Shown: positions 8,016 to 16,709 of the stretch, in pieces | Position numbering within the stretch: the first letter of the stretch is position 1 | Layout: each line of letters starts with the position of its first letter | From: a virus | Lineage: Duplodnaviria > Caudoviricetes | IMG/VR virus record: IMGVR_UViG_3300020422_000001 | Coordinates: 1-33,506 of that record | Direction: 5' to 3' (one strand) | Length of the DNA stretch: 33,506 bases | The notes under the pieces: generated by a model | Database searches by the model: none | Seen by the model: only the letters and a program-made list of their open reading frames with translations | Told to the model about the DNA's origin: nothing | Position numbers and translations under genes: made by a program

Positions 8016-11000
8016 TAGACGCAGAACTGATGATGAAGGTAAATACAAAAAGCGTGTAGAAGAAGCTGAAACCTACAAAGATATTGCAGGTGTACTTCCT
8101 GGTATTGGAACTGCAATGACTGTTTCTGATATAGAAGATGAACTAAGCAAAGAAGATCCTAGCTATCTTAAAGTTGGCATATTGGGAGCATCAGAAGCTG
8201 CAGGTTTAATTCCAGGCGTAGGCAGCGCAGCTAAAACGCTAATACGAAAAGGTGTGCAAAAACTAGATGAAGTAAAAGACCTTACAAAAAATGCAGACTC
8301 AAACGCACTAGAACAAGTTGGCCTGACAGAAGAAGCACTAGAAGCATGGAAAGCTAAGAACTATGCTAAAGATAAATTTAGAATACCACCACATCCTAAA
8401 CTAACAGAGGCTGCAGAGAAACTTCGTGATGGTAAACTTAGTCAAGAAGAATACATAATACTATCAAAACAAATACAACCTATTGTTACTATTAAAGAAA
8501 TGCCTAAGTTTCCTAGTAAGGAGGATGTTGTACAGGCATTACATGCAACAGACAAACGTAAAGTTGAAAAGGGTATCATAGGCGTAAATAAAGAAATACC
8601 AGATGGCACTCAGATATCTGCAAGACTAGATATACCTGCGTACAATGATACAGATACATGGATTGTATCACTGCATGATGGTACTGAAAAAAGTGGTGCA
8701 ACAGTAGGATATGCTCAAACAGCAGTATTAACAGATGTTAAGTTTACTACAAATCCATTAGCTGCTTCTGCCATTGCATCAGGAAAACCAAAAACAACTA
8801 TAGCTAGGATGAATGGTAGTTATGTAAATGCTGATCCAGATGATGTATATAACTACACAAAAGATATATTAGAGAATGAAGCAGAAGGTTGGACACAAGT
8901 AGGTATGAACCCTACTAGAGCCTCTTACTTTTACGACAAGTCAGACGGTATGCCTGTTGTATCTGCAGATGAAGTAGTACAAGTAGGTCCACTTGTAATG
9001 GCAAAGAACGTAACTAAAACAACACCAGACGATGTGATGTTTCAGTTCACAAACAAAAGAACAGGCGTAACAGCAAATTTCAGTGAGGGCGGTATGGCGT
9101 TAGAAGAACAAATGAAAATGAACTTTGGTGATGTACCTGACAATACAATAGGAGTAGATCCTGTATCAGGTAATGAAATACCAATGGGTTCAACAGCAGA
9201 GAATGTAAGGGATGACATACCTACTATGCTCAGTGAGGGTGAGATAGTTGTACCTGCTGATGTGGTAAACTACTGGGGTGTAAAACTATTTGAAGACCTG
9301 AGAGCGCAAGCTAAGATGGGCTATGCACAGATGGAAGAAGATGGCCGCATCGGTGGTGAGCCTATAGAGGATGACGAGGATACGATGGGTTTAGAAATGT
9401 CTGACCTTGAAGTAATGGAAATGCCTGATGACATGCCTGACGTAGAGGAAGCTTTTTTAGGTAAGTTTTTTGCAGGGTTGAGAGAGTCAAACAGAAAGGC
9501 AGCGCAACAATCTGTTAGAGATAGATTTAAAAAAGCTGAACAAAGAAAATCTGTAGATAAAATAAAAGCAGGTACAAACAAAAAACCTAAGTTTAAAAAT
9601 AAAGCAGAAGAACTTCTTTACAATTTACGCAACAGAAATAAAGACAGAGATGATCGTAGAGTAACTCTAACAGAAAAACCTCCAACGTCTGACGATGCTA
9701 AAGGTCCATCAATAGCTGAACAAATCAACTTTGGTGGTGATTACGATAAACCAGAAAAGAAAAAAGCTCCACCCAAAAAAGTAAAACCGGGTGGAAAAGC
9801 CACGCCTTTTGTTGATGATGCCCCAGAAAAAGAAGGGGTAAACCTTAGATCCACAGAAAGCTTTGGAACAAAGTTTATGAGAGGTCTAGGCATTGAAGGT
9901 TATGATGAGGGTGGTCAAGTCTTTCAGCAAAAAGGCGGCTTCGATATGTCAGAGGCAACACCTATAGGCAGCACAGGGGCAGTTGAAGCCACTGAAGGCA
10001 TGACTATGGAAGCCAGAATATATGTCAATGATGCAGGACATGAAATTACTATCATGTTTGCAAACGGTGTACCTATTACGCCAATCCCTGCAGGATATTA
10101 CCCTAAAGCAGAAACAGTAACCCCTGAGACAGGTGTACAGACAGGCGGTGGCGGTGGAGGCTCTCAAATTCCTGAACCACCAGAACCAATCAACTATCAA
10201 GAACTTAGCATAGATGAATTAACTAAAGAGGTTAAAGATCTACAAACACCACCACCAATTCCTGGAATACTTGGTGCATTGTTTAGAGGCGCACAGGAAA
10301 GACACAAAGCTAAAACAATGGAAGAAATAGATAGAAGATTAGAATCAGAAGATCTGGCAATCTATGAAAAAGAATATTTGCAGAACCTAAAAGAAGTTCT
10401 TGAAGCACCGCAAGGAAAAGGAGTAGTTGGTAAGTTTATTGATAAACTAACAGGTCAGGTAGTAGAAGAGCCTAATGTACCAACTTTAGATGGTCCTACA
10501 TATGATTTTATGCCTGATTCTTATAGTATAACAGAACCATATACACCTGAAGCACAAACGCCTACCGTTACTGAGCAAGGTGTTGATGCAGCAGACTTCG
10601 GTGTAATGCAAAACAAGTATGATGAAATAGCACGAATTGAACAAGAGTTAAAATCTCAACCACGTCCAAAAGACTATGATACTTCTTCTACTACAGACAC
10701 ACAACCAACTCCTGTACAACAAACTCAACAACAAAGAAACCGCACTAGAGATGCAGGTAGAAGTGCTAGAAAAACTTTTGATGCATTTAAAAACGATCCT
10801 TCTAAATCTAAATCTATTGCTAGAAATGCTCCTGCTGTACAAAGAACAGAGAGTGTTATAAGGGATATGGAAAGAGGCGTACAGCGAGGTTTTGAAAAAG
10901 GTGGATTAGTAGATAAACCAACAGTTAAAAAAGTAGTAAAAGGTTTAGAGAAAGCATCTAAGTCACACGCTAAACAAGCAGACCAATTAAAAAAAGCAAT

Positions 11001-11019
11001 GAAGAAAAAATCCAAATAA
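8008..11019 (+). CDS. 1003-aa modular, probably virion-internal protein
   Basis: Pre-toxin-TG-like N-terminus, a globular insert, a DDIPTMLSEGEIVV motif, and low-complexity segments separated by [FY]xxGG motifs. GTG start after GGAG. Confidence 0.75.
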   Translation: MANRRRTDDEGKYKKRVEEAETYKDIAGVLPGIGTAMTVSDIEDELSKEDPSYLKVGILGASEAAGLIPGVGSAAKTLIRKGVQKLDEVKDLTKNADSNALEQVGLTEEALEAWKAKNYAKDKFRIPPHPKLTEAAEKLRDGKLSQEEYIILSKQIQPIVTIKEMPKFPSKEDVVQALHATDKRKVEKGIIGVNKEIPDGTQISARLDIPAYNDTDTWIVSLHDGTEKSGATVGYAQTAVLTDVKFTTNPLAASAIASGKPKTTIARMNGSYVNADPDDVYNYTKDILENEAEGWTQVGMNPTRASYFYDKSDGMPVVSADEVVQVGPLVMAKNVTKTTPDDVMFQFTNKRTGVTANFSEGGMALEEQMKMNFGDVPDNTIGVDPVSGNEIPMGSTAENVRDDIPTMLSEGEIVVPADVVNYWGVKLFEDLRAQAKMGYAQMEEDGRIGGEPIEDDEDTMGLEMSDLEVMEMPDDMPDVEEAFLGKFFAGLRESNRKAAQQSVRDRFKKAEQRKSVDKIKAGTNKKPKFKNKAEELLYNLRNRNKDRDDRRVTLTEKPPTSDDAKGPSIAEQINFGGDYDKPEKKKAPPKKVKPGGKATPFVDDAPEKEGVNLRSTESFGTKFMRGLGIEGYDEGGQVFQQKGGFDMSEATPIGSTGAVEATEGMTMEARIYVNDAGHEITIMFANGVPITPIPAGYYPKAETVTPETGVQTGGGGGGSQIPEPPEPINYQELSIDELTKEVKDLQTPPPIPGILGALFRGAQERHKAKTMEEIDRRLESEDLAIYEKEYLQNLKEVLEAPQGKGVVGKFIDKLTGQVVEEPNVPTLDGPTYDFMPDSYSITEPYTPEAQTPTVTEQGVDAADFGVMQNKYDEIARIEQELKSQPRPKDYDTSSTTDTQPTPVQQTQQQRNRTRDAGRSARKTFDAFKNDPSKSKSIARNAPAVQRTESVIRDMERGVQRGFEKGGLVDKPTVKKVVKGLEKASKSHAKQADQLKKAMKKKSK

Positions 11020-11025
11020 CTATAA

Positions 11026-11060
11026 GGCCACTCAGCTACGGCTGACCCCAACATAAGGAG
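11026..11060 (+). promoter_or_regulatory. Structured leader of the scaffold gene: cUACGg hairpin adjacent to the RBS
   Basis: TCAGC-TACG-GCTGA (11032-11045) is a UNCG tetraloop with a C-G closing pair. AAGGAG follows at 11055-11060 with no U-tract. Confidence 0.55.
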
Positions 11061-11067
11061 AAAACAA

Positions 11068-12048
11068 ATGGCTACAAACGAAACTGCTAAACCAAATCCT
11101 ATGGTAAAACCTGCAATCCCAAAAGTAATGATGGGAAGAGGTGGATACCTAAACAACGAAGAACGTATCAAGAAAGATGAAGAAGAATTTCTTGCTATGA
11201 AAAAAGCTGCACTAGAAGCTAAAGGTATTATAACAGATGAAGAAAGTTCTGAAGATAAACCCAGTAGCGAAGAGCCTAAAGCTGAACCAGTACAGGCAGA
11301 GAGTGATACCAAACAAGAAGAAAAACCAGAAGCCAAAGCACAAGAAGAAGATGACTTAGGCGCAGAAGAAAAGAACTTTAAGAAACGCTATGGCGATTTG
11401 CGTAGACACTCACAAAAGAAAGAAGAAGAGTTCAACGCAAAGATAGCAGCACTAGAAGCAAAACTAGATAAAGCTTCTAAGCAGGAACTTGTATTACCTA
11501 AGACAGATGAAGAACTTGAAGCTTGGTCTAAAGAGTATCCTGATATTGCAGGTATCATTGAAAGTATTGCTGATAAAAAAGCCAAGGCATCTGCTAATGC
11601 ATTAGAAGAGCGTATGGTTGAGTTTGAAGAAATGCGTATCAATGCTACAAGAGAAAAAGCAGAAGCAGAACTTATTAAGATGCACCCTGATTTTGTAGAG
11701 ATACGTGAAGATGACACGTTCCATAACTGGGCAAAGGACCAGCCTAAATGGGTACAGGATGCACTATATGAAAATGTAGACGATGCAAAATCTGTAGCAC
11801 GTGTTATTGACTTATACAAAGTAGACAAAGGTATTACTAAAGTTAAGAAGAGTAATTCCTCAGATAAAGCTGCAGCATCTTCTGTTAAAACAAAAAGTGC
11901 AGCAGCACCAGAACCTGATGAAGCAAGTAAGTACGTCAAGGAATCTGAGGTGGAAGCAATGTCTATTAAAGAATACGAAAAGCGTCAGGAAGAAATCTTA
12001 GACGCTCAACGTAACGGAAGATTTATTTACGATGTGTCAAGAAAGTAG
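11068..12048 (+). CDS. Capsid scaffolding protein
   Basis: Acidic coiled coil with FKKRYGDLRRH and HPDF..W motifs, located immediately before the major capsid gene. Confidence 0.8.
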   Translation: MATNETAKPNPMVKPAIPKVMMGRGGYLNNEERIKKDEEEFLAMKKAALEAKGIITDEESSEDKPSSEEPKAEPVQAESDTKQEEKPEAKAQEEDDLGAEEKNFKKRYGDLRRHSQKKEEEFNAKIAALEAKLDKASKQELVLPKTDEELEAWSKEYPDIAGIIESIADKKAKASANALEERMVEFEEMRINATREKAEAELIKMHPDFVEIREDDTFHNWAKDQPKWVQDALYENVDDAKSVARVIDLYKVDKGITKVKKSNSSDKAAASSVKTKSAAAPEPDEASKYVKESEVEAMSIKEYEKRQEEILDAQRNGRFIYDVSRK

Positions 12049-12077
12049 TTGACATTCAAACTATTGTAGATAAAACT
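12049..12077 (+). promoter_or_regulatory. Sigma70-like promoter for the capsid operon
   Basis: TTGACA at 12049-12054, a 16-17 nt spacer, then TAAAACT. Confidence 0.55.
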
Positions 12078-12080
12078 ATA

Positions 12081-12268
12081 GCATATACACAACAATTAAA
12101 GTGTGTATGCTTAATCAAGCACTAGCCACACAAAAGACTTACCTCCTAGTATAGACCCAACGCCTAGAGGCAGCGCAGCCTCGAAGCAAAGTTGACTACT
12201 CTATAACAAAGAGCCTCTTCATGGTGGATATGTAGTGTACTAAACCCACGCCATATCTATAAAGGAGA
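12081..12268 (+). ncRNA. Candidate structured RNA / long 5' leader of the major capsid gene
   Basis: Stems GCATATACAC/GTGTGTATGC, nested TATAG..CAAC..GAGGC/GCCTC..GTTG..CTATA, and TGGATATG/CATATCTA. An anti-SD ACCTCCT lies at 12141-12147. Confidence 0.45.
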
Positions 12269-12276
12269 TTTTAATT

Positions 12277-13335
12277 ATGGCTATTACTTCAGCAAGTGGA
12301 GGCTTTGACGCTAATTTTAGCCCAATCATGTACTCCAAACAGGCGCAGATCGCATTGCGAAAAGCTTCTGTCATCAGCGCAATCACCAACAATTCATACT
12401 TTGGTGAAATCGCAAATCAAGGGGATGTTGTTCGCATCCAAAAAGAACCAGATGTAACTGTCAACGCATTACAGCGTCACACAGCTATCTCTGTAGAGAA
12501 ACTAGATGACACTGACTTCCAGTTAACCATCGACAAAGCTAACTATTTTGCTTTCAAAATGGATGACATCGAAGAGCAGTTCTCACACATCGACTTCGTA
12601 AGCCTAGCTGCAGACAGAGCAGCATACAAAATGGCTGACGCTATTGATGTAGATGTTCTAAAGTACATGACAGGTACTGCAGATAGTGGTCAATACTCAA
12701 CCGCTGTTTCTGGTACTGCACAGCACCCAACATCAAGTGAGATAAACGGTGAATTTTTGAAAGTGAACCAGTTGGACATGTCTGACATGACTAACATCGC
12801 TACTTCAGCTTCATCATCTACTACTGGTGACTCTATCCCAATCGCACCTAGACTACCGGGCGCAACTGCAAAGTCTACTACAACTGCATCACCATTGCAA
12901 GTTATTGCAAGAATGGCTCGTCAGTTGGACACAGGCAACGTTGACTCACGTGGACGTTACTTGGTAGTTGACCCAATCTTTGTCGAAATGTTGAAAGACG
13001 AAGACTCACGTCTTCTAAATTCAGACTTCGGTGGAAGCGGTCTAATGAACGGACAGGTTGCAGCAAACATTCACGGCTTCCGTGTACACGTTTCAAACAA
13101 CCTACCAACAGACGGTACAGGACCAGGAACTTCTGGCACAACTGCACAAGATGACAACTTCGGTATCATCCTTGCAGGTCAGGACGAAGCGGTTGCAACT
13201 GCAGAGCAGATCAACAAAGTAGAAAACTACAGAGATCCAGACTCATTCGCAGACATTGTACGTGGTATGCACCTTTACGGACGTAAGATCCTTCGCCCAC
13301 AGGCATTGGTCACAGCACGTTACAACGCTGCTTAA
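12277..13335 (+). CDS. Major capsid protein (HK97 fold)
   Basis: 352 aa with FSPIMYSK, YFGEIANQGDVVRI, IDKANYFAFKMDDIE and RDPDSFADIVRGMHLYGRKILRP. Strong RBS and high-expression codon bias. Confidence 0.92.
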   Translation: MAITSASGGFDANFSPIMYSKQAQIALRKASVISAITNNSYFGEIANQGDVVRIQKEPDVTVNALQRHTAISVEKLDDTDFQLTIDKANYFAFKMDDIEEQFSHIDFVSLAADRAAYKMADAIDVDVLKYMTGTADSGQYSTAVSGTAQHPTSSEINGEFLKVNQLDMSDMTNIATSASSSTTGDSIPIAPRLPGATAKSTTTASPLQVIARMARQLDTGNVDSRGRYLVVDPIFVEMLKDEDSRLLNSDFGGSGLMNGQVAANIHGFRVHVSNNLPTDGTGPGTSGTTAQDDNFGIILAGQDEAVATAEQINKVENYRDPDSFADIVRGMHLYGRKILRPQALVTARYNAA

Positions 13336-13348
13336 TTAAAATAAACTT

Positions 13349-13374
13349 AGAGGCTGCTTTCGGGTGGCCTCTTT
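13349..13374 (+). terminator. Hairpin after the capsid gene (weak or leaky intrinsic terminator)
   Basis: AGAGGCTGCT-TTCG-GGTGGCCTCT followed by only a short T run. Confidence 0.7.
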
Positions 13375-13404
13375 GCACATCAACAAACATAAGGACATCT
13401 CCAA

Positions 13405-13842
13405 ATGGCGATAACAACGGCAATGTGCAACAGCTTCAAGCAAGAGCTACTTGGAGGTGTACACGATTTAGACACACATACTTTAAAAATAGCTCTAATT
13501 AAACCCTCGCAGTCAGGTACTTATGGTGCAGCCACTACAAACTATTCTGACGTAACAGGTAACTCTGATGAAGCTACAGGTACAAACTATACAGCAGGTG
13601 GTCAAGCCTTAGACAGTGCAGCAATCTCACTATCAGGATCTACTGCAATAGTTGACTTTGCTGATGAGGTTTTTACAAACTTAACCATATCAGCAGCAGG
13701 TGCTATCATCTATAACTCATCAGCAAGCAACAAAGCTATAGCAGTGTTTAGTTTTGGCGGCACAGTTACATCTACATCAGGTGACTTTACAGTTGTTTTC
13801 CCAACTGCAGACGCTTCAAACGCTGTTATCCGCATAGCTTAA
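13405..13842 (+). CDS. Virion structural protein
   Basis: 145 aa, Ala/Thr/Gly-rich, MAITTAMCNSFKQELL..TLKIAL family often seen before fibre genes in marine phages. Confidence 0.7.
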   Translation: MAITTAMCNSFKQELLGGVHDLDTHTLKIALIKPSQSGTYGAATTNYSDVTGNSDEATGTNYTAGGQALDSAAISLSGSTAIVDFADEVFTNLTISAAGAIIYNSSASNKAIAVFSFGGTVTSTSGDFTVVFPTADASNAVIRIA

Positions 13843-13854
13843 AGGTAAAGTGCA

Positions 13855-16110
13855 ATGGCATTAATATTAAGAGATCGTGTAAAAGAAGGAACCACTACTA
13901 CAGGCACAGGCGCAATCGCTTTGGCAGGTGCAGGGGCTACCTTCAAAGCATTCACAGACTACATGTCCAATGGTGACACGACTTATTACGCCATTGCACA
14001 TACCTCTTCAGGTGTAAATGAATGGGAAGTAGGACTAGGAACGTGGAACACAGGTAATACATTAAGTCGTACTACAATACTTGCAAGTTCTAACTCCAAC
14101 AATGCAGTTAACTTATCTGCAGGTACTAAAGACATCTTTATGACATACCCTTCAGGTAAGGCTGTATTCTTAGATGCAAGTGGTAACCTGACTGTATCAG
14201 GTGATCTAACAGTTAGCGGAACAACAACTACAGTAAATAGTACAACTACTACTGTAGATGATCCTGTGTTTACAATAGGTGGCGACACAGCACCTTCATC
14301 AGATGACAACAAAGATCGTGGTATAGAATTTAGATATCATAACGGATCTGCTGCTAAAGTAGGTTTCTTTGGCTTTGATGACAGCACAGGTAAATTTACA
14401 TTTATACCAGATGCGACAAACTCAAGCGAAGTATTTAGTGGTACAGCAGGTACTATTGTAGCTGCGTTAGAAGGCAATGCGTCCACAGCAACCACACTAG
14501 AAACTGCACGTAACATTGCAGGTCAATCATTCGATGGTTCTGCTAACATCAGTATAGCACCTACAGATCTTACAGGTGTTACATCAACTGCAGCAGAACT
14601 CAATATACTTGACGGTGTTACTTCTACAGCAGCAGAGCTTAACATACTAGATGGAGTTACTTCAACTGCAGCAGAGCTAAATATTCTTGATGGTGTAACA
14701 TCAACAGCAGCAGAATTAAATCTTGTAGATGGGTCTAGCGCAGGTACTGTAGTAAACAGTAAAGCTGTAGTTTATGGATCATCAGGTGAGGTGAATGCTA
14801 CTACATTACAAGTAGGTGGACAGTCTATTACATCAACACCTGCAGAGTTAAATTTATTAGATGGTGTAACTGCAACTACAACAGAATTAAATATTCTTGA
14901 CGGTGTTACTGCTACAACAGCAGAACTAAACATCATGGATGGGGTAACAGCTACGGCTACAGAACTCAATCTTATGGATGGAGTCACAGCTACTACTACA
15001 GAACTAAATTACGTAGATGGTGTCACATCTGCAATTCAAACTCAGATAGATACAAAGCAACCATATCATACTATTGCTGTTACTGTGGTAAACTCTGGTG
15101 GTAACAAGTATGCTCTTGATGGTACAGTACAACAAACTGCATTACTACAAAAGTCTGTTACTGTAAGATTTGACCAATCAGATTCATCGAATGCAAACCA
15201 TCCACTAAGACTAAGTACTACATCAGACGGTACACACAATTCAGGTTCAGCTTTCACCACAGGAGTTACAGTTGTAGGAACTCCGGGTTCGGCAGGAGCC
15301 TACACACAGGTAACTCTTGAGCAAGATGCACCAGACTTGTTGTATACATATTGTACAAACCACTCAGGCATGGGAGCCAAAGTATATAGCGGAAAAGATT
15401 GGAGTACATTAACATCTACTATAGCTGAGTTAAACATTTTAGATGGTGTAACCTCTACTGCTGCAGAGTTAAATATCTTAGATGGTGTAACCTCTACTGC
15501 TGCAGAACTTAATATACTTGATGGTGTTACAGCAACCACAGCCGAACTAAATATAATGGATGGTGTTACAGCAACAACTGCTGAGTTAAATATTCTAGAT
15601 GGCGTTACATCAACGGCTGCTGAATTAAATATACTTGATGGTGTCACATCCACCGCAACAGAACTAAATTTACTAGATGGTGTTACAGCAACCACAGCCG
15701 AACTTAACTATGTAGACGGTGTTACATCTGCCATACAGACACAGCTAGATGCAAAAGTTGCTTTAGCAGGTAGCACTATGACAGGTGCTTTACGGCATGA
15801 TCAAGACACTGTAACAGGTGGCGGTGGTACAGTTACCATAGATCTTTCTGCTGCTAACAACTTCAAGGTTAACATGACAGCAGATACTACTTTTGCATTC
15901 TCTAACAAAGATGCAGGTAGATTTGGTAACATAGTATTTGTACAAGACGGTACAGGCGGTCACGATTTTACTCTACCCTCAGAATGTAAAACACCAGTTA
16001 ACGGTGCATCTATTGTACAAAGCACTGGTGCTAACGAAGTAAGTGTGTTATCATACTATGTGTTAGATAGTTCAAACATATTAGTAAACTACATTGGAGA
16101 CTTTGCTTAA
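13855..16110 (+). CDS. Fibre protein with 13-aa repeats and a cupredoxin-like insert
   Basis: MALILRDRVKE..TTTGTG N-terminus, three blocks of T[SA]T[AT][AT]ELN[IL]LDGV, an internal NHPL...YCTNHSGMG domain and a beta-rich C-terminal tip. Confidence 0.8.
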   Translation: MALILRDRVKEGTTTTGTGAIALAGAGATFKAFTDYMSNGDTTYYAIAHTSSGVNEWEVGLGTWNTGNTLSRTTILASSNSNNAVNLSAGTKDIFMTYPSGKAVFLDASGNLTVSGDLTVSGTTTTVNSTTTTVDDPVFTIGGDTAPSSDDNKDRGIEFRYHNGSAAKVGFFGFDDSTGKFTFIPDATNSSEVFSGTAGTIVAALEGNASTATTLETARNIAGQSFDGSANISIAPTDLTGVTSTAAELNILDGVTSTAAELNILDGVTSTAAELNILDGVTSTAAELNLVDGSSAGTVVNSKAVVYGSSGEVNATTLQVGGQSITSTPAELNLLDGVTATTTELNILDGVTATTAELNIMDGVTATATELNLMDGVTATTTELNYVDGVTSAIQTQIDTKQPYHTIAVTVVNSGGNKYALDGTVQQTALLQKSVTVRFDQSDSSNANHPLRLSTTSDGTHNSGSAFTTGVTVVGTPGSAGAYTQVTLEQDAPDLLYTYCTNHSGMGAKVYSGKDWSTLTSTIAELNILDGVTSTAAELNILDGVTSTAAELNILDGVTATTAELNIMDGVTATTAELNILDGVTSTAAELNILDGVTSTATELNLLDGVTATTAELNYVDGVTSAIQTQLDAKVALAGSTMTGALRHDQDTVTGGGGTVTIDLSAANNFKVNMTADTTFAFSNKDAGRFGNIVFVQDGTGGHDFTLPSECKTPVNGASIVQSTGANEVSVLSYYVLDSSNILVNYIGDFA
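14575..15750 (+). repeat. 39-nt (13-aa) coding tandem repeats in three blocks
   Basis: Blocks lie at about 14575-14733, 14830-15050 and 15412-15750. Units are synonymous-diverged copies of TSTAAELNILDGV. Confidence 0.9.
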
Positions 16111-16709
16111 TGTCCTCTTGGTTTATAAATGGTATAAAAGAGTTTAGTACTTCTTTTACTACAACTTATGATACTACAGCTAGTACTTCAAATAGCACTA
16201 CAACAACATTTAATACATCTAAATCAACTACAACATCTTATAACACATCTAGATCAACTACAACAACGTTTGGTACTTCAAGGGGTACGTCACGTTCAAC
16301 GGGAAGTACTTCCTTTGAATATGGGGATTCTGATGGGAATCACTATTGGGTTCAGGCTAATTGGTCAAATCCTGCAATCGTTTGGAATAATCAAAGTTTA
16401 GGCTTTCAACCTTTTGGAGCCAACGCTAACCAAGGTGTTGTTGGAAATTATACTTACTATAAAGGTAATTACTATTTTCAATATAATGATGGAGTTTATC
16501 AAGGATACACAGTAAGCAGATCAAGTAGCTCAAACTATACAACAAACTTTACTACTTACTACAACACATCTAGATCAACTACAACAACGTTTGGTACTTC
16601 AAAAAGCACTACCACTACTTATAGCACTTCAAAAAGTACTACCACTACCTTTAACACTACATCCAGTACGTCCAAAACAACAACAAGGACTACAAACTTT
16701 TATGAATAA
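16110..16709 (+). CDS. Thr/Ser-repeat protein with a central aromatic-rich domain
   Basis: 10-aa TS[KR]STTTT[FY]x repeats flank a Tyr/Trp/Asn/Gly-rich core of about 70 aa. TAATG coupling to the fibre gene. Confidence 0.8.
   Translation: MSSWFINGIKEFSTSFTTTYDTTASTSNSTTTTFNTSKSTTTSYNTSRSTTTTFGTSRGTSRSTGSTSFEYGDSDGNHYWVQANWSNPAIVWNNQSLGFQPFGANANQGVVGNYTYYKGNYYFQYNDGVYQGYTVSRSSSSNYTTNFTTYYNTSRSTTTTFGTSKSTTTTYSTSKSTTTTFNTTSSTSKTTTRTTNFYE
16242..16602 (+). repeat. Exact 40-nt direct repeat pair (16242-16281 and 16563-16602)
   Basis: AACACATCTAGATCAACTACAACAACGTTTGGTACTTCAA occurs twice, 321 nt (107 codons) apart. Confidence 0.9.

Noticed and set aside
10725-11939. Long minus-strand ORFs (203 and 183 aa) and similar antisense ORFs elsewhere
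   Set aside because: They are Ser/Leu/Phe-rich mirrors of biased + strand codons, with no motifs or RBS.
12081-12260. tRNA or known riboswitch/ribozyme in the capsid leader
   Set aside because: No cloverleaf, T-loop or recognisable aptamer consensus was seen. It is retained only as an unclassified structured RNA.
13320-13404. Capsid frameshift or readthrough extension (T7 10B-like)
   Set aside because: No slippery heptamer precedes the TAA, and further TAA triplets and a hairpin follow immediately.
14575-15750. Possible CRISPR array or DNA-level repeat element
   Set aside because: There are no spacers. The 39-nt units vary at synonymous positions and are protein-coding repeats.
16242-16602. 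DGR template/variable repeat pair or att sites
   Set aside because: The copies are identical with no adenine-specific mismatches, and no reverse transcriptase or integrase is in the window.
16591-16701. N-terminal extension of the 349-aa ORF
   Set aside because: It overlaps the Thr-repeat gene. ATG 16702, with an RBS and stop overlap, is the more plausible start.
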